Shown: in pieces, positions 1 through 13,919 of the stretch
Position numbering within the stretch: the first letter of the stretch is position 1
How the letters are laid out: the number at the start of each line of letters is the position of its first letter
NCBI GenBank assembly: GCA_028023455.1
Contig: JAQFVV010000003.1
Span: 10,726,001-10,790,000, forward strand
Reading direction: 5' to 3'
DNA length: 64,000 bases
Source of the DNA: Epiperipatus broadwayi
Lineage: Eukaryota; Animalia; Onychophora
Position numbers and translations under genes: made by a program
Notes under the pieces: model-generated
What the model was told of the DNA's origin: nothing
The model's database searches: none
The model's input: the letters and a program-made list of their open reading frames with translations, nothing else

Positions 1-550
1 ATAAATAAATATATTAATCTCTAATTGAGTTTTAAAGTTTATATCTGTGCTAGAGATAATCTTCAGTTTACTAAATGAATAGTAATAATCATTACTGTAT
101 TTAAAGTGAATGGTATTAAAGATGTGGGTTGAGTTAGTTTGACACTTGAAATTCAAAATGTAATTATTTAATATAGATAAATATTTTTCATATAATAAGA
201 GTTATATATGACAGGTGGTAACTTGGATGGACTGATGAGTGCTGGGCATGAAATGCATTTTGGAGGTCATTTATCTTTTATTGTATCTGTATTTTTATGA
301 ATTTAAAAGAATACGTGGTAGTTTGAGGTTATTTAATATATTTGTAAAGATATTACACGTGGGAAAGAGAAATGTGAATAACTCAATTTGTGTGTGTGTG
401 TGCTTAATTTAAATAAATCAGATATATTAATCTTTAATTGAGTTTTAAAGTTTATATCTATGTTAGAGACAATCTATAATTTAATAAATTGGTTAGTATT
501 TATCTAAAGTATGGATTGAGTTAGTTTGACACTTGAAATTCAAAATGTGA
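1..550. repeat. Diverged direct repeat (about 1-160 and about 413-550)
   Basis: Shared blocks atattaatct(c/t)taattgagttttaaagtttatatct and ttgagttagtttgacacttgaaattcaaaatgt occur twice, about 400 bp apart. Confidence 0.8.
232..259 (+). ncRNA. Degenerate hammerhead ribozyme core (same family as 6885-6927 and 7716-7760)
   Basis: CTGATGA-GTGC-TGG-GCAT-GAAA-TGCATT: intact CUGAUGA and GAAA boxes, stem II GUGC/GCAU, palindromic stem III ATGCAT. Stem I does not pair. Downstream ttggaggtcatttatc resembles ttggagatcatatatc at about 7756-7771. Confidence 0.55.
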
Positions 551-866
551 TAAGGAGTAAAACAGTTATCAAAATTAAACAAAGGGAGTAAATCATCCTA
601 CTCTAGGCTATGAGTTAAAAGCATTCTAAATGTTTAACAAAGAAACAAGAATAGAATGAATCCAGTGATTATTGGTAGCTTTTGACAACATTGTTGGTAA
701 TTCAGAGTGAAATTAATTTAGCAACCAGATGGCATATGGCACTTAAGAGTTACTAAACTCAAAATTAATTACATAAGGCTGGAGACAGCATCTCACTCTT
801 AACACCTTGATTGTAGTAATTAAATAAGTTTTAGTATATAAACTTTAAACTAAACATAGCAGTCAA

Positions 867-954
867 GCATTGGTGGCCTAGCAGTTAGCATAGCTGCATT
901 CCAAGCAACTGGCCCATGTTCGCTTCCCGGTCTATGCTTTGATATATAAAAAAA
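867..954 (+). pseudogene. tRNA-Gly(TCC)-derived pseudogene/SINE with A-rich tail
   Basis: GCATTGGTGGCCTAGCAGTTAGCATAGCTGCATTCCAAGCAACTGGCCCATGTTCGCTTCCCGGTCTATGC follows the eukaryotic tRNA-Gly(TCC) pattern (anticodon loop ATTCCAA). Stem and B-box mismatches are present, and it is followed by tttgatatataaaaaaa. Confidence 0.8.
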
Positions 955-975
955 CCTAAACATTGTTCAATGTAC

Positions 976-1103
976 TGTAAACAAAGAGAGTAAATCACTC
1001 TCCCCAGGCCATGACAAAGATATGCTTAAAAACAACAGAGCTACCAAAAATAGGTGGATTTGGTCATATTCTGAGAGAGGGTGATTTACTCCCTTTGTTT
1101 ACA
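976..1103. mobile_element. Small MITE-like element with about 40-bp imperfect TIRs
   Basis: tgtaaacaaagagagtaaatcactctc (976) versus gagagggtgatttactccctttgtttaca (ends 1103). A third solo copy of the arm is at about 578-615. Confidence 0.6.
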
Positions 1104-1288
1104 TATACATATGTTTAATTTAAAATTAAGTAAGATTTTTATATTAAAAAAAGAAAACAGTTTATTATTTAATGCTTGAACAGAAATAATAGCTACAAAA
1201 GAATATATTTTCTATGTAATAATGTAGTGGATTTGTTTTGCAAATTATTAAAAAAAATGTTCAAAATATTATTCACTTATTACTGCCT

Positions 1289-1405
1289 GCATGATTTAGT
1301 GTAGTGATAGAGTGGCAAGATCTAAAGCTCAAGACCCATGGATCAGCTGTCACTTTAAGTGCTCAAACTTTTTGTGAATTCCTGAATAATAAACTATTTA
1401 ATAAT
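1289..1405 (+). mobile_element. SINE-like repeat (family shared with 45310-46090)
   Basis: Begins gcatgatttagtg... and ends ...tgctcaaactt...gaa(t/c)tc(c/t)tga(a/g)(t/c)aataaa(c/t)(t/c)attta, matching the copies at 45449 and 45985. Confidence 0.55.
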
Positions 1406-3975
1406 AAATAAAGGTAATGCATTTATAGAAAGGAGGAGCTATAAATTAAGTGAATATAGTACACAAGAAGTGTTTTTGTGTGGATGGAAAATGGATATTA
1501 GATATTAACTAGATAGTAAAAGTCTTAGGTTAGTCTGAAATGAATAGATGATTATTGATGATTGTAAAAATAAAAAAAATGTATTTGTAAATGTTTCAAT
1601 CTTTACCACTGGTGAGAAAGATGTCATAATCCTAGCATATGATTTTTCTTGTTTAAATTTTGCAATAATCATTAATGTTAATGTAAGTTAAATTGATTCT
1701 ATAAAGTTTAGAATCTTTTAAAACTCATATAAATAATGAGGGGGGGGGGCATCAATCAACTTTTTAAATAACTGTCAATTTTTCCAACTGGAACTGATTA
1801 CAGTTTGATAATGGATTTAACATCAGTTAAACATAAGGAAAAACACTGAGAAATATTTTTTTTGTTTGTTTGTTTATTAATTAATATATCAATGTATATA
1901 ATTTTATGTATAAGTTTAATTAACATATCCTCCTGTTTAACCAATTTTTATCTTCGATCAAATGAATATATGTAAGTGACCTCTAACTCTTCTAACATCA
2001 TTAAAATTTGCAATTATTATCAGACATATAGCTTTACAAAAGAAATGGATTTGTATTCAAATCACTGTATAATGATTAAAAATTTCAAACTATTAGCTTG
2101 AGCAGCAGAATAAGAACAAAAAGCCAATGGATGGGTGCAATTAAAATACAGAAGTTAGAAAGTGTAGGGATCTGATTTCATTTCCATTTAGTATTATAGT
2201 TTCTTGAATTGAAAGGCAGAAATAATTAGTATCATACACCGTAATATGTTAGCTGCTGCCATATCCACTATCTCAAGTTTAAATCTATATTGGAACAGGA
2301 GATTGTTTCTTACAGAGTCAAGAATTTTAAAATAAGTCCAATGTATGTTTTCAAAAAACTAGTTCCAATTGCCAATATAACTTATTTTCCAATATTGGTT
2401 AATAAAATTAGTCATTTTTGAATGGATGGTAAAGTAAGGCTAACAACAATTTGGATCACTTGTATAATAATGTATTTTAGCAATGATGAGCTCATAATTT
2501 CCCAACCCCCCCCTCCAATCCTTAGAAGATTATCAAAGTTTTATTATATGTATTTGTAAAATTCCTAAATATATATAATTCTTATATAAAGCAAATAATT
2601 GATTTGATTTTTATATAAATTATATATTATCAATAATTCCATCTATTTTTTCTTCTCACTTGATATAAACCTTGATTCACCTTTATTTCAATTTTATTAA
2701 TAAAATACATATGCAGAGCATTAATTTATAGATTAAAAGTACCATTTTAATTTACAAGTTCATAAAGAAAGTAAATATATATGTAATAATATTTAGGAAG
2801 GGTATTATTGCATTTCACTATTTCTATTAATTTATTTTATTTTATAATATGGCAGAAAAAAATACTCATCTATATCAAGATTATTGATATATATGTGTGT
2901 TATTGATACGTTCTTATATATGTAATATCTTAAAAATGACCTATACATAATTGGAAATAAAAAGTTTAATAATAGTAGTAAAAGATAAGTGAGATATGGG
3001 TGTAAGAATTGTATAACTATATACTAATATATATTATTAATATAATGATTAAATAATATTTAGAGAGTTATTAAATCTTTGAAATGTCTGTTTTAATCAC
3101 GTGGTAATATTCAATATGTTAAGTCTAACTAAAATCGTCAAAAGTTTCAACATACTGCTTTTTATTTTCTTTTTTTTTTTAGGGGGAGAATTATGCTCAC
3201 TTATTTCGGACAGATGTGAAAGATTAAATTACAAATCAAAAATTTTTAAATTCTTGGTAAGCCAGTAAAAATTTCATGAGGACAAATCACAACTCTTGCC
3301 TCATATGAGTAATGTAGAAAAGAAGTGGGTTGGTTGAAAATAAAAGTATTAGTATTTTATTTGTTTTACAATTTTAGTTTTATAGGCATGCAAAATTAAC
3401 TACAGCGTAAATTTTTTTTTTTCTCTAACTATACTATTATAAAGTTTAAGTAATTAATTTAACCATCTTTTTTTAAAAAAAAAAAAAAACCGGTATAAAG
3501 GAACAAAAAACTATTGTACTGATTTAAAATAACATTGAATAAATCAAGGAAAGTAATTTGTAACTTAAAAAAAAAAAAAATCTGAATCTTAATGATGTAA
3601 AGAACTTGAATGTTTTATAATTTAAAACACTTGACTAAATAGTGTTCCGCAAATATATAAACTGTGACAACTTACCACGACCTTAATCAAGGATTACCGT
3701 TTGATAATATTATCGTATTATCTATCTTTATCTGCCCTCGGAAGAGAACTCGATATACAACAACTGTAATATATATATATGAAACTTATTTTTTAAGAAA
3801 TGATAATTCTAATAAATACTACTCCCATTCTCCTAAACATTAAAATTCTGGTCTAAAATGTAATTGAGATAGTAAAGATCTCAGTTCTGGCAAAGATTTA
3901 ATACTACTATTGAGGAATGTCTGGCTTTGATAAGTATTGTTATATTTTTTCTTCCTTTTTACTAGCTAAAACAGC

Positions 3976-4008
3976 CTCCCGGCCGATGCTATGACATATG
4001 AAAAAAAA
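3976..4008 (+). mobile_element. 5'-truncated tRNA-Gly SINE 3' end with 8-bp TSD
   Basis: ctcccggccgatgctatgacatatg(A)n flanked by AAAACAGC at 3968-3975 and 4009-4016. Matches the 3' ends at 925-954 and 5210-5244. Confidence 0.7.
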
Positions 4009-4429
4009 AAAACAGCTTGATATCTATTTACCATTCAAAATATGGACATTCGAAGAGTAGGATGAAAAAAATATATATGCATTTGATATGCTTTTAATTT
4101 CCTGGATTGCCCATAGGGTCAATTCATTTTTTTTTAAAAAAAAATTGTGTTAACATGAGCTTATTAATGCTGCTCAGAAAATAAATGATAGCAATTTTTT
4201 AAAAATAAAAAAGGAAAAGCCAACGCTATAGAAAAATCATATAATTAAGAGGAGGACAGATCACTATCCATGTGATCATTTCCTAATATAGTGGACTGAT
4301 CAGATTTGGCAGGTCATCAGTTGCAATCGCATATGCTCCAAAACTATGAACTATAAAGGACAATAGAGCTTCACACAATGTCACTAATTTTTCTGAGATG
4401 ATAACTTGAATAAAATTCCGAGCGTACTT

Positions 4430-4750
4430 TCAGCACTAGAAGTGAGCAGATTTCAAAGATATTATCCAAGGATTTGATCAAGAAGATGAAGAGATAGAAA
4501 TTATACTAAATGTAAATAATGGCAATTATACAGCTATTGCCTCTGCTGGTTGGACAACAAAATCAATGCATATTTTTGAAAGCAAATTGGACAAGGAAAA
4601 AATAAGATGATGGACTTTACGTTTATTATTAAAAATCTGTAAATTTGTTTTAAAAGAGGTAATTATTGCAGTGGGCAAATTCAGAGGCTGGTGAGAAAGT
4701 TCATAGGCAAGTGTAGTTGGGGATATGCAACCCAACTTAGATGGGTAGAA
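4430..4750 (+). pseudogene. Possible highly degenerate DNA-transposase fragment
   Basis: Frameshifted HIF...GQGKNKMM followed by FKRGNY resembles the SDxCxGQNKN-type motif of some insect DNA transposases. Multiple stops; family not assignable. Confidence 0.2.
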
Positions 4751-5139
4751 ATCTGAAATATTCTAAAATAAATATTTTAAGCTAAAATAGTATAAAAAAC
4801 TATAAATGCCTGAAATAATGAAAAATTTATATATCTCGAGAATCAATGAAAAAAACAATCTGAAATGATTATACAGTACTATAGTAAAAACCAAAAAGAA
4901 AAAAAATATATATATTGTGCATAAAAGGATAGTTTGTATACTAATTTTCTATATCTCTACTATTTTTTTGTTCCTGGAACTTAAGACAGATAATTTGAAA
5001 TTTCTGGGATTTCTAAAGAAAAATTTAATTATGTATCTTCATAAAACAAGAAAATATATGTACATTTCATACATTCTCTTGGCCATTACTATGGAAATGA
5101 TACGCAGTTGTTAATATTAATCAAAATAGATGCCAAATT

Positions 5140-5244
5140 GCATTGGTTGTCGAGATGTAAGCGTGACTGCCTTGCACTTGCAGGCAGTTGCTTGGGTTGT
5201 GGGTTCGCATCCCGGACGATGCTATGACACTTTAAAAAAAAAAA
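5140..5244 (+). mobile_element. tRNA-Gly-derived SINE copy
   Basis: Starts GCATTGGT, has B-box-like GGTTCGCATCCC, ends cccggacgatgctatgacacttt(A)n like the copies at 867 and 3976. Confidence 0.7.
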
Positions 5245-6789
5245 TTACAACTAGTAATTAATAAATTTTTAAAATTAAGTAAATACTCAAATAAGGAGCA
5301 AATATAAAATTGAAATAAAATACATTTATTTGAGAAAATAAGAGTAATAAATAAACTTTAAAATATTAATATGTATAAATTAATTACTCAAACTAACATT
5401 CAATAATCCAGCTAATCAATTTGCTGGTAAGAAATATTTATCAATTCTGACATACAGATTACATATAAATTTATGTCATAATGTTGCTAGAATGAATAGA
5501 TTAAAATTATATGATGGTGTTGTATATTATATTTGAAACAAATATTGGATAAATAAAAATCATTTTATTTTATAATTGCATATTTAGTTTAAAAAAAGTT
5601 TTGAATCTCAAAAACTTGTTCCAGAAGTTGAGATTGGATAAAAAGGTTAAATTTCCAGGAAATTTTTGTCCAAGAATTCCCATGATAAGGAATCCTTTTT
5701 GAATAGCAAGGCACAATATAAACTCAATATTATATCAACCATCTCAAAAATATTTCATAGCTAATTGCCTTTTCTTTAAAGTATTATTAAGTTATTAAAT
5801 CAACTTCTAATACTTTTATTAATGTAATTATAATTAGTCATAACATTTTCAGCTTCCATTAAATTATTTGTACTGATATGACTGATCAAATTATCGCCAA
5901 TATTAATCCTTAATCACTATACATTAAGAAAAAAGAAGAAATATAGGAGTGAAGATGCAGGCTCTCCTTATAAAAGATTTTTAAAGAACAGATTTAATGA
6001 AGATTTCTATATGATATGAAAGATCTAATCAATTGCATATTAAATATTACCTATTTGGTAACTAAATTAGCAATGTTCAATGACAACTGTCAGTTATCAT
6101 ATCTTATTGGGGCTTTATCAAAATGTTGATGATTAAAAAAATCTAATGTTAGCAAACCTACTTTCTGATAGAAACCATAATTTTTAAGACATATGAAGAT
6201 ATGTAGATTATTCTAAAATAAATATCAAAAATTTAAGCATGAATGTTAAAAGATATTTTTCAAAGCAAGTTTTATGACTCCAATGATTTTTTTTGTGATC
6301 AAATAATAAAGGCTGGATCATTGAAAACTGTGCTGCCACCTTTTATTCTCAACTTATAATGGTCCTTTAGAAAACGGAAGAGAAATATCACAAGTTTTAA
6401 TAACTATAGCATCTTGTGCTTGAGATATAAAATAAAAATGTAAAAATGCATCATGATCTGAAAATGTTTTATCTAGGTGTTTATAAAAAGGTTCTAAATA
6501 TTGATATCCTAGAATAAATTGCATTTAAGAGAATGACAAGGTATTATCAACTATGACAAACAGTTATGATTTATTTTGACTCAACTTGCTCTCAGAAAAT
6601 ATATCATAATTTATAAGAACTGTAGTAGAAGCAATCTAAGGAAGTAATAACATTTTTGAAAAATTTTGATCAAATATGAGCTCGTATCATAAATATATCT
6701 TATATAAATTATCAAAAAGTAATTTTAAACTAAGATGTTAGTTTTTGATTTATATAATAATATTATATCCATATATATTCAAGTAAATA

Positions 6790-7908
6790 GAGATTTGAAT
6801 TTAGGATTTTTCAATCTATATTTACCACTCCATCTCAAATAATTGATGCACATGACCATATACATGCAAAAAGAGATAGATAATCCCCAATGTACATTTC
6901 ATGCAGAACCAGCACTCATCAGTTGGACCAGATCATAATCTCCCACCCTTATACAATCAGTATTTAATTTATATTAAGATAGCAATTCCTTAAACTTTAA
7001 TGAACAGACATCAATCTTCTCATTTTTCCAATTATCAACCATCCATTTCATTGAAAAACCAACAATGGAACCCTCAAAGTTCTTGGTGGATTTGATACTA
7101 TAGTTATACTCATGTAGACATTATGCCATTCTAGCCCCGCGTATAATCAGACCATTACATATCCATATATATTAATAGGACAGGGATGGGCTGTACTTAT
7201 ACTATGATGTAACCTATTTTTAAGGCAATATGTAATTAGCCTATTTATTCAGTGTATTGAATGTTTCTTATATAAATAAATAGAGGGATTTACAATCTTT
7301 CACTCTATTCGTTCTCCACTCCATCTCAAAATAATCAGCACACATAACCATATACATGCAAAGAAAGATAGATGATTCTTTAATATACATATTTCATACA
7401 GAACTAGCATATTGCCTTGGAAATAGATTACATCATACTATAAGTTCAGCCCATTCCTCTCCTATTTATTTTATATGAATACACAATCCGATAATATGAG
7501 GGGTTAGATTGACATAATGTCTACATGAGTATGACTATAATATCATATCCACCAAGGTCTTTGAGCATTCCATCATTGGCTTTTCAATGAAATGGGTGGT
7601 AGAATAGAGTTTGAAAGGGTGAGAAGATTGAATCCTGTCCATTAAAGTTTAAAGAATTGTTATCTTAATGTAAGCCAAGCACTGATTGTATATATGTGTG
7701 GGAGATTATGATCTAGCTTAACTGATAAGTGCTGGTCCTGCATGAAATATGTATATTGGAGATCATATATCATTTTCACATGTATAGGGTCATGTGTATT
7801 GGGTGATTGAGATAGAATGGAAGATGAATATCGATTGAAAAATCCTAAGTTCAAATCTCTATTTAATCGCATAAGAAATATTCAGTACACTGAATGAAAG
7901 ACTAATTA
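6790..7908 (+). mobile_element. HHR-bearing inverted pLTR-like insertion (arm A minus about 6785-7135, partial copy C minus about 7210-7420, arm B plus about 7500-7870, short tail)
   Basis: A and B are diverged reverse complements. HHR cores lie at 6885-6927 (minus, CTGATGA-GTGC-TGGTTCT-GCAT-GAAAT) and 7716-7760 (plus, CTGATAA-GTGC-TGGTCCT-GCAT-GAAAT-ATGT-ATA). Flanked by the direct repeat catatatattcaag(t/c)aaata at 6770-6789 and 7909-7928. Confidence 0.7.
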
Positions 7909-9429
7909 CATATATATTCAAGCAAATAAATAACACTGAAAAAGGATATATAACAATAAATATTGTATTTTTAATACAAAAAAGCTTTTTTCAGCAGCAT
8001 TTTATTGCCCTCATAAGTATAACTTATGCATATGTTATTAAAAATGTTTCAGATCATTGTATGTAGCATCATCCAGAATTTTTTTACATTAAATTGTTTT
8101 TCTTATTCTTCAGTTTACTTTTCTTCTTCCCTCATTTCTCATATTATTATATACATTATACAGCAATGAAAAAAAAAAAAATATTTATTTATTGATAAAC
8201 TGAAATACTTCTAAATATTAACTTATTTATAATATATATTTTAAATTACAAAATTAATATATGATTTAATCTATAAAAACTTTAATCACATGTCATTTCT
8301 TATGTTATCCAAATGCATGATTTAACAATTGCATTACTCAAAAGGGTGAATGTAAGTTTTGAAACTTACATGGAATGTTTACCATAAACATTAAATTCCC
8401 AGTAAATTACTTTCCCATCAGACTATGCACAATCATTAAAAGAGGGAGTCAGTCTCCTTAATTGTATAATTCACAATTAATTTAATAATTACCAATGCTA
8501 TGTTTTCATCTGGCTGATATATTGAATTTCACTCTATTTCTGTCAAAGTCGGAAGGAGTAAGCTTACAATAATGAAAAGCTGAAAATATGATAGATCCAT
8601 TGAATCCATATTCTATTCTTGATTTTTTATCAACAGAGTATTTGGGAATGTTTATTGTACATCTAAATTTTCTATTAGACTTAGTGCATTAATAATGCTA
8701 GGTACATTAATAGTTTGAAAATTAATCATTTATTATTATTAATAAATATATATTTATAAATATAATGCACATATCTCAAACACATAAAGAACATTACCCA
8801 AATCTATAACTTTTTATATAATTTCCTATTAATTTATATTGAGGAGGATTATAAAAAGATGTGGGAAAAAAAGTTTTTTTTTTTTTAAATTAAAAAATAT
8901 AATAATTGTTATATAGCTCTTTTCAATTTATTTATTAACGTAATAGATTATTTTATTTCTATTTTGTAATAATATAGTCAAGTATATGACTAAGAAGAAA
9001 AATAAAGGAAATTGCTATTTATTATTTTTTAATTATAAGAGGAATTAAATTTATAAATAGTCTTAATTAATAATCTTGCAAAAATTCCATTTTATAACTC
9101 ATTATATATTTTTAAATAGAAAAAGGAAAGAACATACTCATTATTTGCAACCGTGAATGATTTAATATTACATCAGCACATAAAATAATATTCATTAAAA
9201 TTATTCATTTAGGAGGAGGAAAATGAAATTAAACAAAATTTTTGCATATTACTAATATATCAAAATACTTTACAGGAAATATTGAAAAAAAAAAAATCCA
9301 ATATGAGAGAACCATTAGAAAGAGGACAATATGGCTTTACAGGTGTCTACAATCAAAATAAAATCTTATTTAAGAATTTAATACAGATATATTATCTTAT
9401 ATATAAATAAATTGACTGCAGAAAGAAGT

Positions 9430-12400
9430 TTGTTGTTAGCTGAAAGGAGACCCTTTGATTCCTTTTGGATACCTTAAAGGAACTGACCAGGGCAAATTCC
9501 TAATTCCACTCCATACATTCTTGTAGTTGCAGCTGCTATTACTATGTGATTGTTCATATAGTATAGGAACATGGATGAACTGTTTACCAACATGCATTAG
9601 CCAGCATGGTGAGTTTATTGCATGTTTCCTCAAGTTTAAGATGAAGAAACACTGTGGTCTTTCTTCTCAGTTGCCCGATAGCTCTTAACTGAAATATCAG
9701 TTGAGTTTTCTTGAAGGCAGAATGAATGTGTGTGTGAATGAAAATTTTTTTTTCTAATAGATATTTACAATGATGACAGACAAAAATAAATCATGGCCCT
9801 TATTCCTAGGAAGCTGTAAAGTTACCAGCCAATGGAGTGGTTGGTGGCCGAAGGTGGAGGATGCTAAGTATACCCTGATTTCTGCCTCAGGCTACCATTT
9901 GATGATGATTTTTATTTAGGTACTTACAACTGCAGATCACTTTCAAGTGAAAGAAGATTGTAAGAAATTGGAAGAATATTAAATGGGGACATTATTGAAT
10001 TTTGTGAAGTTAGAAGAAATGATGAGACAATTGATTTAAAAGGTGTACATGTACTCTACTATGAAGGCACAAATATTAAAAGTACAAGTGGAGTAAGATT
10101 CACTATAAATAAAAAGTAGAACAACATTGTGGAGATTAATGTATATCGGTCAGACAAAGTGGCAAGATTAATTATTCAACTTAATAGATACCAAATGCAG
10201 ATAATTCAGGTTTATGCCCTAACAAGTTCTCATAGTGATGAAGTAGTAGAAGATTTTTTATATGGATGTACAAAAGGCTTTTTATCAGACCAAACAACCT
10301 TTTAAAATTATTATGGAGACTAATGCTAAAATTAAACAATTGAAAGATGAACATACTGTAGGTAAATTTGGTTATGGTAATAGAAATGAGAGAGGACATA
10401 GACTTGTGGAGTTTGCAAATAAAAAAAAAACAACTTTATATTATTAATTCTTTTTTTGGGTGGGTGGGGGGAAATGTTAAATGGACATGGAAACATCCAA
10501 ATAAAGATACAGTAGAATTAGATTGTATTTTGGCTAACAGCAAATACATATTTCAAGATTGTAATGTTCTTAATAAATTCAATACAGGAAGTGATCATCG
10601 ATTAGTGAGATATAAAGTACATGTTAATGCAAACTAGAGACACAAAAATTATTAAAAAAATAATATTCACAGTTGATATTCCTAATCTTCAGAAACATTC
10701 TAATGAATTTAAATTAGAACTTGGAAATTGCTTTCAAATATTAAAAAATTTTGAACATTACTTAGATTTGAATGAAATCAATAGGAAAATAACTGATACA
10801 CTTTTAAAAACTGCAACAAAAATAGCTGGTAAAAAAAATCAGCAATTGACCAATAAAAGTTCTGAGACTATTTCATTAAAAGAAGAAACATGAAAATGTA
10901 TAAAAATGATGCATTAAGGATTGAATATTTTGAATTTTGTAAAATGGTATGAATTTTGTAAAATGGTTGATAATGATATAATGAAATATAATTGTGAAGT
11001 AGCAAGGCAAACTATAGAAGAGAATAAAAGTCTCTGAGTGTTTAACAACATTTTGGTATTGGTAGAAATCTTATTTCTGATATATATAAAAAGATGAAAC
11101 TATTACTAAAAAGAGAGATGACATCATGAAATGTTTAGAACAGTTTTATCAAGAATTATGTAGTAATAAAGAATAAGGAAAAGTAAACTTTTATTATATC
11201 TTCTGAATTTCCCAGGATTTTAAATGAACACAGTGAAACATGCAATTAAATTTATGAAGAAGGGAAAAGCTCCAGGTAATGGTGGAATTATAATTGATAT
11301 CTTAAAAGAAGCAGGTGAAGAATTAGAAAAAAATTGGCAAAGTTAAATACCAAATGCCTAAATAATGAAGATGTACCAGAGGATTGGAAGAATGCAGTAT
11401 TAATATTTAAAAAAGTGATAAAGAAGATATTAGAAATTACAGACCTATTAATCTTTTATTAGTTTTGTACAACATTTTTACCAAGATAATTACAATTTGT
11501 CTACAGAGAACTTTAGATTTTAATCAAACAAAAGAACAAACTACATTTAAAAGTGGTTTTAGTACAGTCAGTCATATTCAAGAATTGAGAGAAATTATAG
11601 AATCAATGAATATGAGTTGTCATGTTTTGGATTTGTAAATTATGAAAAGACATTTGATTCTATAAGCATTTCTTCAGTGTTTAAAATTGGATTATCAAGA
11701 TACAGATATTGGATATTGCTTTATTGTGAGGAATATTTATCAAAATGTAACAGTAATGATTAGATTATATGATGATGCTAATTTAGAAATGTGTATAATA
11801 GGGTGATTCTATCTCTCCAAAACTTTTTAAGCAATTTAAAATAAGAAACTAAAGGAATAAAAGTAAATGGAGATTGTCATTTAGATTTTGTAGATGATGT
11901 GATTATTTTTGCAAACAATGCTTCAGGAAATGTTGCAAGCATTGCCAGATGAAAGTAAAAAATTAAGACAAAATAAAAATAAAAAAAGATCAAAGTAATG
12001 TTCAATGGATTTTCTCAGAAGAAAAAATAAAGATTGGTAATCGTGAATTAGAGGAAGTTAACAAATGCATATACTTTAATCACATTATTAACATGGATGA
12101 AAGCATAATGAATTAAATTAATCATAGAATTAAACTTGGAATATGTTTAGTAAAAAAAAATCTAATATAAAAGAAAATTGATTATAGTGTAGCTTGAAAA
12201 GAAATGCTATTAATATATGGATTTTATCAGTTCTTATTTATGGAAACTTTGACATTTAACAGAAGAGCAATAAAAAGATATCAGACATAAAGAAATGTAT
12301 GTTAAGAGAAATAAGAGAATGAAAATGAATATATGGATGAGAGAACAAGTTTGAAAGTATTAAAGGATTGAAATATAACTGAGCTGGACATATTGCTAGA

Positions 12401-12520
12401 AGAAATAATGACAAGTGGGCAATTAAAGTTTTTAAATTGAATCCCAAGAGACTATGAAAGTTCAAAAAAAAAAAGCCACATGTATAACTCCAAAATGCTA
12501 AGATAGAAAAAAGTTCATTG
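9430..12520 (+). mobile_element. RTE-clade LINE, near full length, degenerate (APE + RT)
   Basis: APE motifs IIQVYALTSSHSDEVVEDF, GKFGYGNRNERGHRLVEFA, WTWKHPN...TGSDHRLV. RT motifs GKAPGNGGI, NYRPINLL, GDSISP, FVDDVII, and 3' WAGHIARRNNDKW. Many stops and frameshifts. The 5' UTR is homologous to 20860-21030. Confidence 0.9.
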
Positions 12521-13919
12521 CAATTAGGTATCATAATTTATAGATACTTGATGAATGTTTTGTTTATTTATTAATTTTCTTTACAAATGAGTGTACATGC
12601 AATTTATTCATTATAAAAAGTTAAATATCACCTTTGAAATTTTAATTGGACAATAAAAGCTTTTGAATAAATATTTGGATTAACAAATTAGAAGATAGAT
12701 TATTTTTTTCATAGTAATTTAACTATCTTAACAAAATTTCTTGTATATAGGTTTACTGTTCTGACAAAATTCTTGTAAAGAAATGAGATCTGGCCTCCCT
12801 ATCATCATAATGTCAATGGAAATTTTTTATTTAAACTTGCTTAAGAAGAATGTGAAGATCATAATATCAATTGATATATTCTTCATCTAGCTAGATATAA
12901 CTAGCGAAATTACTTTTGCAATAGCACTATTTTATGGCTTTGGCATGTGAAGCAAATGAAAGGTAATAATTTTATTGTGAACTCAAATATGGTTTTCGTG
13001 GGAGATGCAAACTTCATTTATATTATAAAGATTATTTTCAAAGACTGCATACAATGAAATATCTTGTTCTATATTTCACACATATAACTTTAGTTAATTT
13101 AAAATTAATTTGATATTAAACTTAGAAAATAGTTTGGGAGTAGAACACCAACCAATTTTAAGATTTAAATGTTTAAAATATATTTTCAGTATTGTTTTTT
13201 TAAATGCTTTAATTATAATTATTTTAAAAACTTGAAAAAAAATTATAAATGAATCAACTTTTTCTTGCTATTTCTATCTTCAAACCTGAAATTTTAGATA
13301 CTATAACAGATCTCAAGTTCTGAAAATATCATCTTTCATTAATAAAATTTTAACTGTGTGGGTATATATATATACAGAAAAATATTTTTTTTAATAACTA
13401 AGGCATCTTATTTCTTTAATACAAGTAAGAGTTTATACGTATAAAAAAAGCTGTTTCAGTAACTTTTATGGGGAAAAAAAAGTTTCTTAACAAGAATAGA
13501 GGTTAATATATTCTCTCCTGCTGTTTTGTCAAGGAAGGCGATAGGGTGTGTATAAAAGGTATATGCCACTAATAGTCTGTGTAGTTTTGTTTTTTAAAAT
13601 GAAATCTAAAATTCAGTAATGCATGAATTGTATTTGTTTTGTTTTTGCTTTTTTTTTGCTTAATTTGATTATTAGTTAAAGAATTTTATTTCCTGTATAT
13701 AACCTATTGAGCTAAGTATACAAAGATTTTAATATTGCATTCACAAAATTAATGTTTTTATGTGATGTAAATGCACATGTATATATATTAATGTTTTGTT
13801 CTGCAAATTGAATAAATACAACTTGATTTTTAGCAATGCAGACTCAGGGAAAGATAGCACACACTTCATATATATATATCTTATTCGCTAAGCAAGGTAA
13901 TATAAGCAATGATAAAAAA

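Noticed and set aside
9430-9520. HDV-like ribozyme in the RTE 5' UTR (cctaat motif)
   Set aside because: I could not assemble P1/P2/P3 pairings by eye. It needs an RNArobo/Infernal search.
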